From assembly GCA_951406725.2 (NCBI GenBank), contig OX597814.1, positions 139,438,001-139,502,000 of the forward strand: DNA of 64,000 bases, given 5' to 3'. Of the stretch, positions 38,101 to 50,015 are shown in pieces. The translations under genes were made by a program, and so were the position numbers. Origin of the DNA: Octopus vulgaris. Lineage: Eukaryota. Position 1 is the first letter of the stretch, and every line of letters starts with the position of its first letter. Under the pieces are notes generated by a model. That model did no database searches. It worked only from the letters and a program-made list of their open reading frames with translations, and had not been told where the DNA came from.

Positions 38101-41100
38101 ACTCCTTCACTTCTGATCACTTCTCCTTTCTACACCAGATACCTCCAATGCCCAGTTGCTTTTATTTTTCTTAAATATACTTGTTTTCTTGTCTTCATGC
38201 ACACTAACATTGCATATCCAGCCTAACATTGTCTCATTTCTTTCCAGTCTTCTCAGTTCCTTCACATTCATTACTCTTATTTGTTATCATAATCATAATG
38301 TCCACTTTCCCATGCTTACATGAGTCAGACACAATTTTCTACGAGATTTTTCGATCTATTGTCAGATTCCTTTCCTGTCGCCAACTCTTTCCTCTTTCCA
38401 AGTAAGGTAATATTTCCTCATGACCAGACACGGTTTCAGATTCAGTCCCACTATGTGGACCTTAGACAAGTGTTTGCTACTGCAACCTCCAGCCAACCCA
38501 TGCCTTGTGAGTGATTTGGTAAACAGAAACTGAAAGAAACCCATTGTGTGTGTGTGTCTTTGTGCCTACTTGTCTTGACTGCACACGATTGCTGCAAATG
38601 AATATCATTCATTTCCAATATTCTGCACAAAAATGTCTGCCTCTGGGGATATTATTACCTTGTCTGGAAACAGGTATGGATTTGTGACAGAGAAAATCTG
38701 TCTCAATAAACTCCATCTGACCCATACAGGTGAGAAAAAGTAGACGTTAAAATGATGATGGTGATGATGTTCAAACTGATCATTGATGGTGGTGGTATTG
38801 ACACTACCACTTCTGACAACCATTAAAAACAAAAACAAATGTATAATTATACATTAAAAGGTTTAAGGGCATCCAGCTGTAGAAACACTGCCAGATCTGA
38901 CTGGCCTGGTGCAGCCTTCGAGCTTGCCAGACCCCAGTTGAACCGTCCAACCCATGCTAGCATGGAAAGCGGACGTTAAACGATGATGATGATGATGAAT
39001 TCCAATCAACTGTTTATTGAAGGTACAGGTCGGTCCACATTTTTCTGTAAGGTACATAGGGCCAGTTTCCTGGTTTATATATTCTTCCCTGGACGGGACA
39101 CCAGTCTATCGCTGGAATAGTCATTTTTGCTAGCTTGGTGAACTGGAGCAATATGAAATGTAGTGTTTTGCTCAAGAACACAGCATGTTGCCTGGTCCAG
39201 GAATGTAAACCACAATCTTATAATCATGAGTCCAATATCCTAACCACTATGCCATATGCCTCCACATTACTGAAGGTAAGGGACTGGTAGTATTGGTACA
39301 GCATTGCAGTATTTGGTTATGTTCCCTTTATTTTCTGAGCTTGACTCTTGCTAAGTTCAACTTTACTTTTCATCCTTTTTGCAGTTAATAAAATACAAAT
39401 CAAATACCTTACTTAGACTTAGACACTTCCATGTTAGACATTGTATGAGGTAGAAAAAGTATTCTATCATTGCTGCGATGCTTTTGCACTTTGAACTCTT
39501 GTAAATTGAGTTTTTTCCAGGAACAGGGTGCTAACCTGAAGCCCGACCACTTGTGTTTAGGAAAGAGACTAAGTAGAACCGTCTCTGTTGTCTGCTAGCC
39601 AAGCTCCATGAAATATAGTGTGGGCTGCCTTCAGTCATGGACATCTGATCATTGGTCTTCTTGAGAATCCTCTGCCCTGGCCATTGACTGTTGCTGTAGT
39701 TGCTCCACAGTGTCAATAACACCCCTTATACTTTAGATCACCAGCTGAGGTCATGTACCAGGGTGTAGCACTTGATGCCAACACATGAGAGATTTAGTGA
39801 CAGTGATGCCCATCTACCCTACCAAGTTTAGAGCATTCTAGACACCAAAGGTACTATCCCTTCTCAGTGCCCTACACCCCACTCAGTTACTGGGGTTGAT
39901 TAAATCAACTATACTCCTTGTCTCTAAAACCTTTTGATTTTATGACTATATGAGAAATCTTTATTCTGATTTTTTTTTAATTACACTTAGCGCCATGAAC
40001 CAATTTTGAATCGCATTCGAAGTGAAGTACAGGAACTGATGAAGCAAAAATGCATTAACATTGCCCAATTCTATCTGCCAGGTGGTAAAACTAGTAAGTG
40101 GTTTTCTTCTTTTATTATTGTACTGGCTTCAGTTACTGGACTGTGGCACCATCTGCAAATGATTTTAGTCAATCATATCAGCTTCAGTACTTTATTTAAG
40201 GAATTGTTAAAATAAGCTTTAGATACATGCATGTGTGTGTGTGTATCTATATGTATTATCATCATCATTTAAGCTTACATGGATCTGATAGAATTTGTGA
40301 GGCAGATTTTCTACAACCAGATGCCCTTCCTGTCACCAACCTTCACCTGTTTCTAAGTAAGGTAATGTTTCCCCATGACTAGATATGTTTTACATGGAAG
40401 ACTGGAAACAAACAACATTGCTTGTTTACAACCATCACATGATTGGTGCAGGGCTGTAATTGAAAACACTTGCCCAAGGTGTCATACAATATGACTGAAC
40501 CTGAGACCACATAATTGGGAAGCAAGCTTCTTTACCAAAATGATAATTTAGTTGAGGAGATGCTGTTCTGATCTAAATATACTCATTCTTCCTCTGGTAA
40601 AACAGATACATGATCAATAATTTTAAAGAGAATGATATTGGTGTTGAGGGTAAAGATGATGCACAATCATTATCATTTACTTATTTATTTTTAGATAATG
40701 CTGATCTGAACCTTGCCAAAGCTTGTCAGTTGCCAGCCCTTGTTGAAGCTCAAGTTTCAGAACTAGAAGCTGAACAACAACAGCTTGAGACACTCAAGAA
40801 TGAAAAAATGTTACTTCAAGAAGAGCGATATAAAGTTAGTATCTTCTTCTGTCCTTTGTTTTCATTATCATCATCATCGTTTAACATTCGCCTTCCATGC
40901 TGGTATGGGTGGCACTTTTAATTATACATTTCCTTCCTTCCTCTCTTCCATCTTATACTTGGACCATGTGGTTGTTGGGGCATTCATTGATGACATCGCA
41001 ACCAGATTTCACCATTTCTCCTGGTCTTCTGCTGTTCTCTGTGAGTTGACGAAATTGAGGCCTGTCCAGTTTTTGATGTTAAGCTGGGCAACAATCAGTT

Positions 41101-42325
41101 CAGTAAGGATTCTGGTCTGGTTGTCATCATGAATGTATCATGGACAATCAGACATTTGAGATGTACATTTACTATTGTTGCTACTAATAATATTACCGCT
41201 GCTGTTGCTACTACTGATTAAGACAATTGGGTGCAGCTGTTTGGATGCTGGGAATTTGTCATGGCTGACTAGTTTTGGTGTCTACTTTTTAACATTGGCG
41301 GCAAACACACACATGCACACAGAAATATACACATATAAATAGAGAGAGTGATAACAAATTATTAATTGTATATGGTTGACATAAAGACATTCCCTCTCTT
41401 CATACATATAAAAAGGAATATATATCTGTTGAAACCCTGAAGCTTGCCTACTTGACCAGGTGTGTATGATAAATTCTGTCATTCATGAAGCAGAAGTCAA
41501 CACTGTTTCAAAATAATGTAACTGAAAAGAAAATGACATTGGTTTATGTGAAGGCAATTTTAAAAGATGTTATGCAAAACACCAGTCTTCTTTGCAGTAC
41601 ATCAACAAAAGTAAAGCCACTAAGCTGGCCAGACATATTTGGGTTTGAAGACCAACTGCTCACCAACTACAATAAAGTGAAGAATCAGGGAAAATCTATT
41701 CCATATGTAAATATCTAAGTATTGCAACTTATGTGTAACTGAAAGATTGCAAATGGTTTTTATATCCAACAATTCTACTACATGACTTAATTCCAGATCT
41801 GAAATTTTCAGCAAATGCAAGTATATGAACAAATTTATTTTGGCAAACTGGAGGACACCATCCTCTTTGGATTGAACAGCTGTCTTACAGACTTTGGTCA
41901 TCTTACCATTGAATTATTCTACAACTAATTTAAGTGTGACTTTTATGGACAAAGGGGATGTAACGCTAATTCCCCCCACCCCCCATTTTTATTCACCCTT
42001 TATCTTCTCATTCCACTTTTTACACCAAACCTTTCTTTTCGTTTATTCTCATGTACCAGCATCCTGATTTTCAAATAGAACAAACCATATTCTCAGTGCC
42101 TGAAAATTGTTTGGAGACACAAGACATGTTATAAAAACCTACCTAACCACATGTCTTCATGACAAGAAACTATTAGTAACTCTTATTTTAATTCAGTGTA
42201 CATTAAATCATATTTATCTCTCACTGGATTGGAATACATCTTTTGTTGAGCTTACCTTAATGAACAGTAAATTACATATATATATATATTTATTTATATA
42301 TACACACACACATATATATATTTAT

Positions 42326-42363
<38 letters not shown>

Positions 42364-42367
42364 TTAT

Positions 42368-42400
<33 letters not shown>

Positions 42401-45400
42401 CACACACATGTAAATATATTTATGCACATACACATAAGAATAATGTGGTTTTACTAATGAATCTAATTTAATCTGTTTCCCTTTTCTATTTTATAGATTT
42501 TCAAAGACAGCTTGCTTGAGTTACAAAACATTTGCAACAAAAAGTTACAGCTACAAAAAGATTTGAAAAGTACCACTTCCAAGTATTTATTATCGTATAG
42601 CAAAACCCTTCATTCAAAGCTTGTGTAAGTTTACTTACTGTCTAATTTTTGTTGGGAATAATTAAAGACATTTATTCACAGCTTCTTAAAGCTATGGATA
42701 CTGGGCAGCAGAGCTATGAAAAAGCATTACATTCAGTACGTATGAAAGAATGTTGGTTCAATTGTTTCATTCTTTTGGAAAACAAATCACTGAATATCTA
42801 ACAAGTGATTCTTATGACAGTCGACTCTTTTGATATCAACCTGTCTAACTGTCCTTAATTCTGTGATACAAATTCCCTTTTTAAGGCTTTAGGTATTCAA
42901 ATTACTCTGTCAAATGTAATGCTTGTTTATTCAAATTGTTTTAAGTTAATTGTGCACTGTCTCATAGCTTTGAGATTTTAGTGATGCAATTGTTTATTTT
43001 TAAAATGACATTGTATGGTAGGTGTGACAGGCCAGATCTGGCTGGTTTGAACATAAAACATGTCAAATATTTGGGCCAGAGATATGGCCAGTTTAAATGC
43101 TTAAGTGATCTAAATAAAAGCACCAGCTTAATGATGATAAAATTATTTTAATTAATTCATTATTTTCAAAATTAACTGAATTAAAGGTACTATATTTCAG
43201 CATAAAACGGTTAACTATAAACATCATCATCATTTAACATCTGTTTTTCCATGCTGTCATGAGTTGGACATCATCATTATCAAAACATCCATTTTCCTCA
43301 CACCGGCATGGATTGGTCAAGCCTACTGTATTACATATCATCACCCATCTCAATCTTATGTTGTCTGGTATCCACTTCATTGCTTAAGTCCTGTGTCTAG
43401 AGCCTTCCTCTACCATGCTACCTTTGATTCTTGATTCATAACACTTTTTTACTTTAGGTGACCTATTGAGTCAAGTACATCAACATCAAAATAAAAGTCA
43501 AATGGAAATTGTAGTTGTGATACCTGTGCCGGTGCCAGTGCTGCCTTGACTGGCTTCTATGCTGGTGGCACGTATAAAGCACCAACCGATCATGGCCGCT
43601 GCCAGCCTCCTCTGGCACCTGTGCTGGTGGCACGTAAAAAGCGCCCACTACACTCACGGAGCGGTTGGTGTTAGGAAGGGCATCCGGCTGTAGAAACACT
43701 GTCAAATCAGATTGGATCCTGGTACAGCCTCCTAGCTTCTCAGACTTCGGTCGAACTGTCCAACCCATGCTAGCATGGAAAATAGACGTTAAACGATGAT
43801 GACTTCATTTTTCATGTCACAAGTTTTATCTTCATTATGTACTCCTTGCTCACTAGCACATCAAAAGTCCTCTCACTCAGCCAGAGACCCCACTGCATAT
43901 TTTGTGTACATATTGCTTGCAATAAATGCACTGTATTGACTTCCCTACCAATTCCATTCCTACATATCAAACAAGGCCACTTCTCAGACAGTATTGATGT
44001 CTTTACATAATTATCAACTGGTCTTTTAGTCATCATTGTCCTGTTGACATTGAGGCATTTTAGTTCTTGGCCATTCTTCAAAGGTTGGAATGTTTTCAGT
44101 TATTCTACTGAAGATTCTGAAGTGATAATCAGATCATTAATATTTGAAAATTCTAAGGTCCAGCGTTCTCATTCTAAAGGAAAATGGTATTAGACATTGT
44201 GAATACCAAATTTGAGACAAAAGAAAACAATTACAGACTTGCTGAGTGGATTTGAGCCACATATCCATCACTGACGAGTCTCTATGTTAATGATTGCACT
44301 ATGGAGCACTTAATATTCTATGTCCTTGAATTCATCTTCATCATCATTTAACATCCACTTTCCATGCTGGCATGGGTTGGTCAGTTATTACTGGGAACTG
44401 GTGAGCTAGAGGGCTACATTGAGCTTCGGTGTCATCTTTGGCATGGTTTCTATGGCTGGATGCCCTTCCTAATGCCAACCACTTTACAGTGTACTGAGTG
44501 CTTTTTACATGGTGCCAGCACTAGTGAGGTTGCCATGTAACTTGGCAAATAGGAAAAGGGAAAAGCTCCCACTTTTAAGAGAATGTATTTGGGAGGGAAA
44601 GGTGGTTGTATGTCAGGTTTGACAGACTAAAGTATGATAGAGGTACAAGCACTGCACAGGTGTTTTGCTATAGAGGAGATGCATGGCTGAAAGAAATAAA
44701 AGGAAGGTAGTGATAGGGTGTTAGAGCAAATTCTCAAGGAACAAGATGAGTTTCAGAGTTCCTGGAATAGGTTATAGGTTTTGCCTCCTTTGGTCCCTAA
44801 GCCATTAAAAATAAAATTTTTTTAAAATTTAGAAAAATACATTAAAACCTTACAAGTTTGTTCCTAATGAAAAATTACTAATTAAATTCGTTTTTTTCCT
44901 TGCTATTGCTAGGTTATGTAATACTGAAATAATTTATGAGACTTATAAAGAAGACACAGTACTTGCTCTCAAGAAAATCAAGTAAGCTTTTTTTGTGTTA
45001 TATTTTTTACTTCTGATTCTGTTATAAATGTATAATTTCAATAGCACGCTGGTCAGCTTAATTATATTTACTACACATTGGTTTGAGTGTTATATTTACT
45101 ACACATTGGTTTGAGTGAACCAGGTGTTATTTTGTGTTCTTGAGCAAAACACCTCATTTCACATTGCTCCAGTCCACTCAGCTGGCAAAAAATGAGTAAC
45201 CCTGTGATGGACTGGCATCTCGTCCAAGGAGAAATATGTACACCAGAGAAAGAAGGAAGGTGGCCCTACGCTCCTTACAGAGAAATGTGGACTAACCATA
45301 ACACATATTGTATACTCTTTATTTTATCTTTTTGCCAAAACATTTCATTTCATGTTGCTGCAGTTCATTTTCTATGCAGGCATGTGTTAGACAATTTAAC

Positions 45401-46879
45401 AAGGATCCAACTAGTTGGAGGACAATGTCATGTTCCAGTTTCTGTTTTGGCATAGTTTCTAGAGTTGGATGGCTTTTCCTAATACCAAGCACTTTACAGA
45501 GTGTACTAGGTTTTTTTTCTTTTTTTACTTTCATGCACCAGCATGAGTGATGGCACATGGCCTAGTGGAGTATGGCACTCATGATCATAAGACTGTGATG
45601 TTGATTCCCAGATGAGACATGCATTGTGTTCAGGAACAAAATACTCCATTTCACATAATTACAGTCCACCTAGTTGTAAATAACATCCACTAATAGCTGG
45701 CATATTAACCCTGTGACAAAGTGGTATCTCATTAAGAAAGGAATTTTGTAATTTCAGTTGCTTATATGCCATGGAAACTGGGTGAAGGTCCAGCTGTATA
45801 AGTCTTAGGGTTCATGACAGACCTTAGTCTGAATCCAACACTAGTAAGGTGGCCTTGGATTCTGCAAGAGTATAAAGGACCTCTACAACTGAAAAAAGAA
45901 TTGGAGAGTGATAATTTTAGGTGAGGTGACAAGAGAGTCTAGAGTATAAAAGGAACAGCTAGTCCTATCTGCCCTTATCTAATGTGGGGTAGTCATATTG
46001 CTCTGCTTAAGCAAAATGCCAATGCTTGTCTCTCTACCATACTTTAGCTTTTCAATGCTTGACATAAATCCCCCTCCCAATGTCAAATACTCCCCACCCC
46101 CACCCCCTCGTTGTGGCAGGGTTTTCTTTTTTCTCTTTTGCAAGTTACTTAGCAATCTCACTAGTGCCAGTGGCATGGAAAATGTACCCAGTACACATTG
46201 TAAATTAGCTGGCATTAGGAAGGGCATCCAGACATAGAAACCACGCTAAAGCTGACATCAGACCTTGGTGCAGCTCACTAGATCCTATCAAACCATTAAA
46301 TTCTTACTAGCAGAGTAAACTGACATTAAATGATGATGAGGAGGAGGATGACTTCACATGAAAAACAGCTATTTGTTGACATTACTCTGTCAACAGATCG
46401 TCTACTAGTTCTGCACTTTCAAGGGTGGAAGGAATGAAATTCCCCTTATTTGAAAAACAAGTAAGGGCTGACTGCAAGAAAGATATCTTGCAATAGCACA
46501 ATGTTTCGATAACATGCATTTGTCTAACCCATGCTATCATAGAAAAGTTAATATAAAATGAACAAACGAATATTTGTTAGGAGAAAGACTAATTTTGAAA
46601 GGTAACAAAATATGGACACTTTGCAAAAAGATTATAAGAATGTGTAAACCTGTGTGAATGATCTTCATATAAAGAATTACTATTGTTTTTATTGACAGAG
46701 AGCATATTGATAAAGAACTTAAAAAGGCTAAAGAACAGAACAGGCAGGCAAATGAAGCTGTGAGTGAATATGAAAAATTGGGCCCAGAGTATACAACAAA
46801 GGTTGAGCAATACAGGAAACTGGAGCAAGAAATTGAGAGCATCAAATGGTCTCTAGATCGCTTAAAAAACTCATCTTAA
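32100..46879 (+). CDS. HAUS4: HAUS augmin-like complex subunit 4 gene, 9 coding exons, 1032 nt / 343 aa
   Basis: Exons join in frame to TAA at 46877-46879. Resembles human HAUS4 as recalled: LSEEDV..PELANLLLALSK, WLQHKIL, LGLT, KQKC...FYLP, AKAC.L, ETY, YEKLGPEY...W.L. Confidence 0.9.
32640..33025. mobile_element. Non-autonomous DNA element with degenerate TIRs and ccctaacc motifs
   Basis: aaattgccaaaatcgg / ccgatttttgccaattt; internal repeated gaatcataat.tccgtatttttt unit. Confidence 0.5.
33560..33626 (+). ncRNA. Minimal type I hammerhead-like motif (canonical core) in HAUS4 intron 1
   Basis: atcagctg-CTGATGA-aatatt-GAAA-ctag-TC-cagcagat, with outer gtagttaaagag/ctctttcactac pairing. Confidence 0.5.
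33666..33802 (+). CDS. HAUS4: HAUS4 exon 2
   Basis: NESLPIKLSEEDVESMPELANLLLALSKKITPNG...IEE. Confidence 0.9.
34360..34500 (-). mobile_element. RTE LINE internal fragment
   Basis: GEKLKVVDSFRYLGDQ..ESVTARIRIAW. Confidence 0.75.
35696..35976. mobile_element. hAT (Charlie-like) MITE
   Basis: cagtgctactcaaa / tttgagaagcactg TIRs; TSD diverged. Confidence 0.7.
36494..36625 (+). CDS. HAUS4: HAUS4 exon 3
   Basis: AEDILTKEKNEWLQHKILLAAAKQVLVEYEMK...DKE. Confidence 0.9.
37060..37560 (+). mobile_element. Degenerate LINE 3' fragment (CR1/Jockey-group)
   Basis: SFFPRT.KLWN motif with a frameshift near 37450-37480. Confidence 0.5.
37887..38009 (+). CDS. HAUS4: HAUS4 exon 4
   Basis: FCQALNECLAFAEMIPHL...VLGLTAEHLKKQRK. 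Confidence 0.88.
39991..40093 (+). CDS. HAUS4: HAUS4 exon 5
   Basis: RHEPILNRIRSEVQELMKQKCINIAQFYLPGGKT. Confidence 0.88.
40695..40834 (+). CDS. HAUS4: HAUS4 exon 6
   Basis: NADLNLAKACQLPALVEAQVSELEAEQQQL...ERYK. Confidence 0.9.
40960..41090 (-). mobile_element. RTE LINE 3' end
   Basis: NIKNWTGL...RTAEDQEKW. Confidence 0.6.
42275..42410. repeat. Compound (TA)n/(CA)n microsatellite
   Basis: Direct inspection. Confidence 0.9.
42497..42624 (+). CDS. HAUS4: HAUS4 exon 7
   Basis: IFKDSLLELQNICNKKLQLQKDL...KYLLSYSKTLHSKL. Confidence 0.88.
43850..44150 (-). mobile_element. RTE LINE internal fragment
   Basis: KCLNVNRTM...KWPCLICRNGIG. Confidence 0.6.
44913..44981 (+). CDS. HAUS4: HAUS4 exon 8
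   Basis: LCNTEIIYETYKEDTVLALKKI. Confidence 0.9.
45062..45117. repeat. 28-bp exact tandem duplication
   Basis: ttatatttactacacattggtttgagtg twice. Confidence 0.9.
46699..46879 (+). CDS. HAUS4: HAUS4 exon 9 (terminal coding)
   Basis: EHIDKELKK...EYEKLGPEYTTKVEQYRKLEQEIESIKWSLDRLKNSS*. Confidence 0.92.
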
Positions 46880-47360
46880 CTACTAAAAAAAAACCCTCCT
46901 CAAAATGCTTATTAGCTTTAAGCAATTCATTGTTTTATGTAAATATATACCTTTTATTAATGCTTAATGACTAAAAGCTAGGTTTTGCCATTGCAATGGC
47001 AACTGTAAATTACTCAGTATGCCCCCTTTTAAACGTAAGCAGCTTTTTTTTTTATTGTTATGATAGAAGATGGAAACTGCTGTTTAGGTGACCAAACACT
47101 TGAGAAACTAATATCTCACCGAAATATAAGATGATGCTACTGAGGATGACTGACTGTCCCAGACTCTCAGCTTCCTGATTATCCTCAGTGCTGCTGTGTT
47201 TTAGATGGTCTCGATTTTTTAGAGGTGAACCTAAGTATCTCTTGGAACGAGATACAATTGAGTGGGTGCATGCCTTTTTTATTGACTGACCTAAAATTAT
47301 TTTATTGTGGACATATGAAAAAAAAATCTTATACAGTGTACAGTTATAATTTTAATTTTA

Positions 47361-47389
47361 AATAAACTAATTATTATTATTGGAAATAA
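47361..47389 (+). terminator. Candidate HAUS4 polyadenylation signals (two AATAAA)
   Basis: AATAAA at 47361 and 47384, about 480 nt after the stop. Confidence 0.5.
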
Positions 47390-49399
47390 AATATTGTGAA
47401 ATTTCATTACTGTTTTAAGTTTTATCTCTTAAATGACTTGAAAATATTTGCTATGTATTTGTTTATTATTATTCTTTCATTTTCATATGGAATAAATGTG
47501 ATAGAAAGCAAACCAGTCTATTATATATTCCATAAATGTGTGATCGTTACCACACTAGAGAAAATGCTTAGTGGAATTTCTTTTGTCATTACATCTTGAG
47601 GTCTAATTCCACTGTTGGTGATTTTATAGGTACAGGAGTGGCTTTGTGGTAAGAAGCTTGCTTCCTAACCACATGGTTCTGGGTTCCATCCCACTGCATG
47701 ACACCTTATGCAAGTGTCTTCTACTGTAACCCTCGGGCCAACCAAAGCCTTGTGAGTGGATTTGGTAGACAGAAACTGAAAGAAGTGTGGAGGTGCGTGG
47801 CTTAGTGGTTAGGGTGTTGGACTCATGATCGTACGATTGTGGTTTCGATTCCTGGACTGGGCGATGCGTTGAGTTCTTGAGCAAAACACTTCATTTCACA
47901 TTGCTCCAGAAGTAGCCCCTTGTGGGCAGTAAAGAAATAAGAAACTGGAAGAAGCCCATCATATATATATATTTGTGTGTCTGTGTTTGTCCCTGCAACA
48001 TCGCTTGACAACCGATGCTGATGTGTTTACGTCCCCGTAACTTAGCGGTTTGGCAAAAGAGACCAATAGAATAAGTATTAGGCTTACAAGGAATAAGTCC
48101 TGGGGTTGATTTGTTCAATTAAAGGCGGTACTCCAGCTTGGCCACAGTCAAATGACTGAAATAAGTAAAAGTATAATATTTATATATATAATAGACACTT
48201 CTCGTGTCATTCCTTTCAAGAGTACTTACGAATGAATAAATTTTAAAAACGAAAGATTTTTCATTTCCAATAAGTAGAGATAAAACGATTTCCGTACTAA
48301 GGGAAATAACTTCTGCTTTAAGTAACTAGAGTTATTTCCCATAGAATTTCGTTCTTATCTGCATTTCTTTTCTACTCTAGGCACAAGGCCTGACATTTTT
48401 GGAGAGGGAGCCAGTCGATTAGATCAACCTCAGTACGCAACTGGTACTTAATATATCGACCTCGAAAGGATGAAAGACAAAGTCGACCTCAGCGGAATTT
48501 AAACTCAGAACGTAAAGACAGACGAAATACTGCTAAGCATTTCGTCCGGCGTGCTAACGTTTCTGCCAGCTCACCGTCTTACCTGCATTTAATTCAGTTG
48601 AGGATTACTACATCCATGGATAAGCAGAACGGAATACTAAAATACTACAATTTGCCATTGAATTTTATTTCTCAACGAGATTTCTATGGCTACTCATAAG
48701 AAGTATTTGTCACCGCTGACGTCTCCGTCTCACCGGAGATGATGCTACTGAGGATGAGTGGTTGTCCTAGACTCTCAGCTTTTTCGTTATCCTTGGTGAT
48801 GTGTTTTGAATGGTTTCGATTTGTTAGAGGTGAACATAAGTCTTCCTTGGAACAGTACATAACTGAGAGGGTGCATGCCTTTTTTGTTCAGTTTTACTAT
48901 TTACTTTTGTCCATTTTAATAAAACCTTTTGAGACTAAAAACGATTCCTCAACTACCAGAGACATTTATAATAAAATCCTTTACAAAATATTTCCCACCT
49001 ACAAGACACAAAGATAACAATATTTTTTAATAAAATTCTTAGACTAAAAAATCATTACTACTCCAGCAATAATGATTATCACTCGGTGGGTTTTAGCGCA
49101 ATGCAAAGAGCGGTATTTTGTAATGGCCCTTCACGTTCTGCGTTTAAATTCTGCAGTGGTCTTTGAAATTAAGTAGTTGTCAAATATTGAATTTGATTTA
49201 TCGTTTATATTTTACCCACAAAATTTGGACTTTGTGTTAATCTTAGAAATATATTCTTTTCTTTTATGACATTGTTAGAAGGCTATAAATTGCAAGAAGG
49301 GCTATAAGTGGTCGAATGATTGCTAATTATTTGACTCAGGGGGCGAAAAAAAAAAGCAATGTCGATCGACGCTTTCATGATTTAAACTCATAACGTAAA

Positions 49400-49525
49400 A
49401 GATCCATCCAATCCATATTCTTCGTCCACTATTCCTGGAAGTGTTGCGGGGTAGCGTCCTAAGGTACCTCTTCCACACAGTCCTATCAGAAGCAACCGTC
49501 CTTACACTTTCCGGCAGGATTCCCG
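49400..49525 (-). mobile_element. RTE-like LINE 3' end upstream of DUSP12
   Basis: VRTVASDRTVWKRYL followed by a (tgga)n-like tail. Confidence 0.55.
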
Positions 49526-49761
49526 ACTTATTCCCGCTCCCGAAACTGCTGGCCCCGTGCCAAAAATGTGAAGGGACGTAACTAAATATGGTAAGAGTTT
49601 GGCATGGTAACATGTAATCTCACTCCGCTAAGAACTGATGAACAGCCGGAAATAAAATTTACCTTGTACTTTTTAGTACGTTTCCGTTTGTCAAAGTAAG
49701 GGGAGACAATTATCAAATTACATCTTTTCGGATCGTCGTTAATTCTTTATTATTTTCAAAT

Positions 49762-50015
49762 ATGGATCAAGTTTACGACAAAATATATGTAGGGGGATTT
49801 GAAGATGTTAAAGACGAAGAGAGCATGTCTGATGCCAAAATTACTCATGTTCTAAGTCTTCTGGATAGGCCCCTACCTCCTGAAATCCAGAATAAATACA
49901 AATGTAAATTCATCCGTGTCTTGGACATGCCCGATGAAAACTTACTGACTTATTTTCCTGAATGTTTACGGTTTATTGACGAAGCTCGAGTAAATGGAGC
50001 TGTGATAGTACACTG
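49762..50015 (+). CDS. DUSP12: DUSP12 exon 1
   Basis: MDQVYDKIYVGG...GAVIVH-TG|gtgagt. Confidence 0.9.

Noticed and set aside
49588-49596. ATG|gtaaga as an upstream DUSP12 micro-exon
   Set aside because: No in-frame AG acceptor seen before or near 49762
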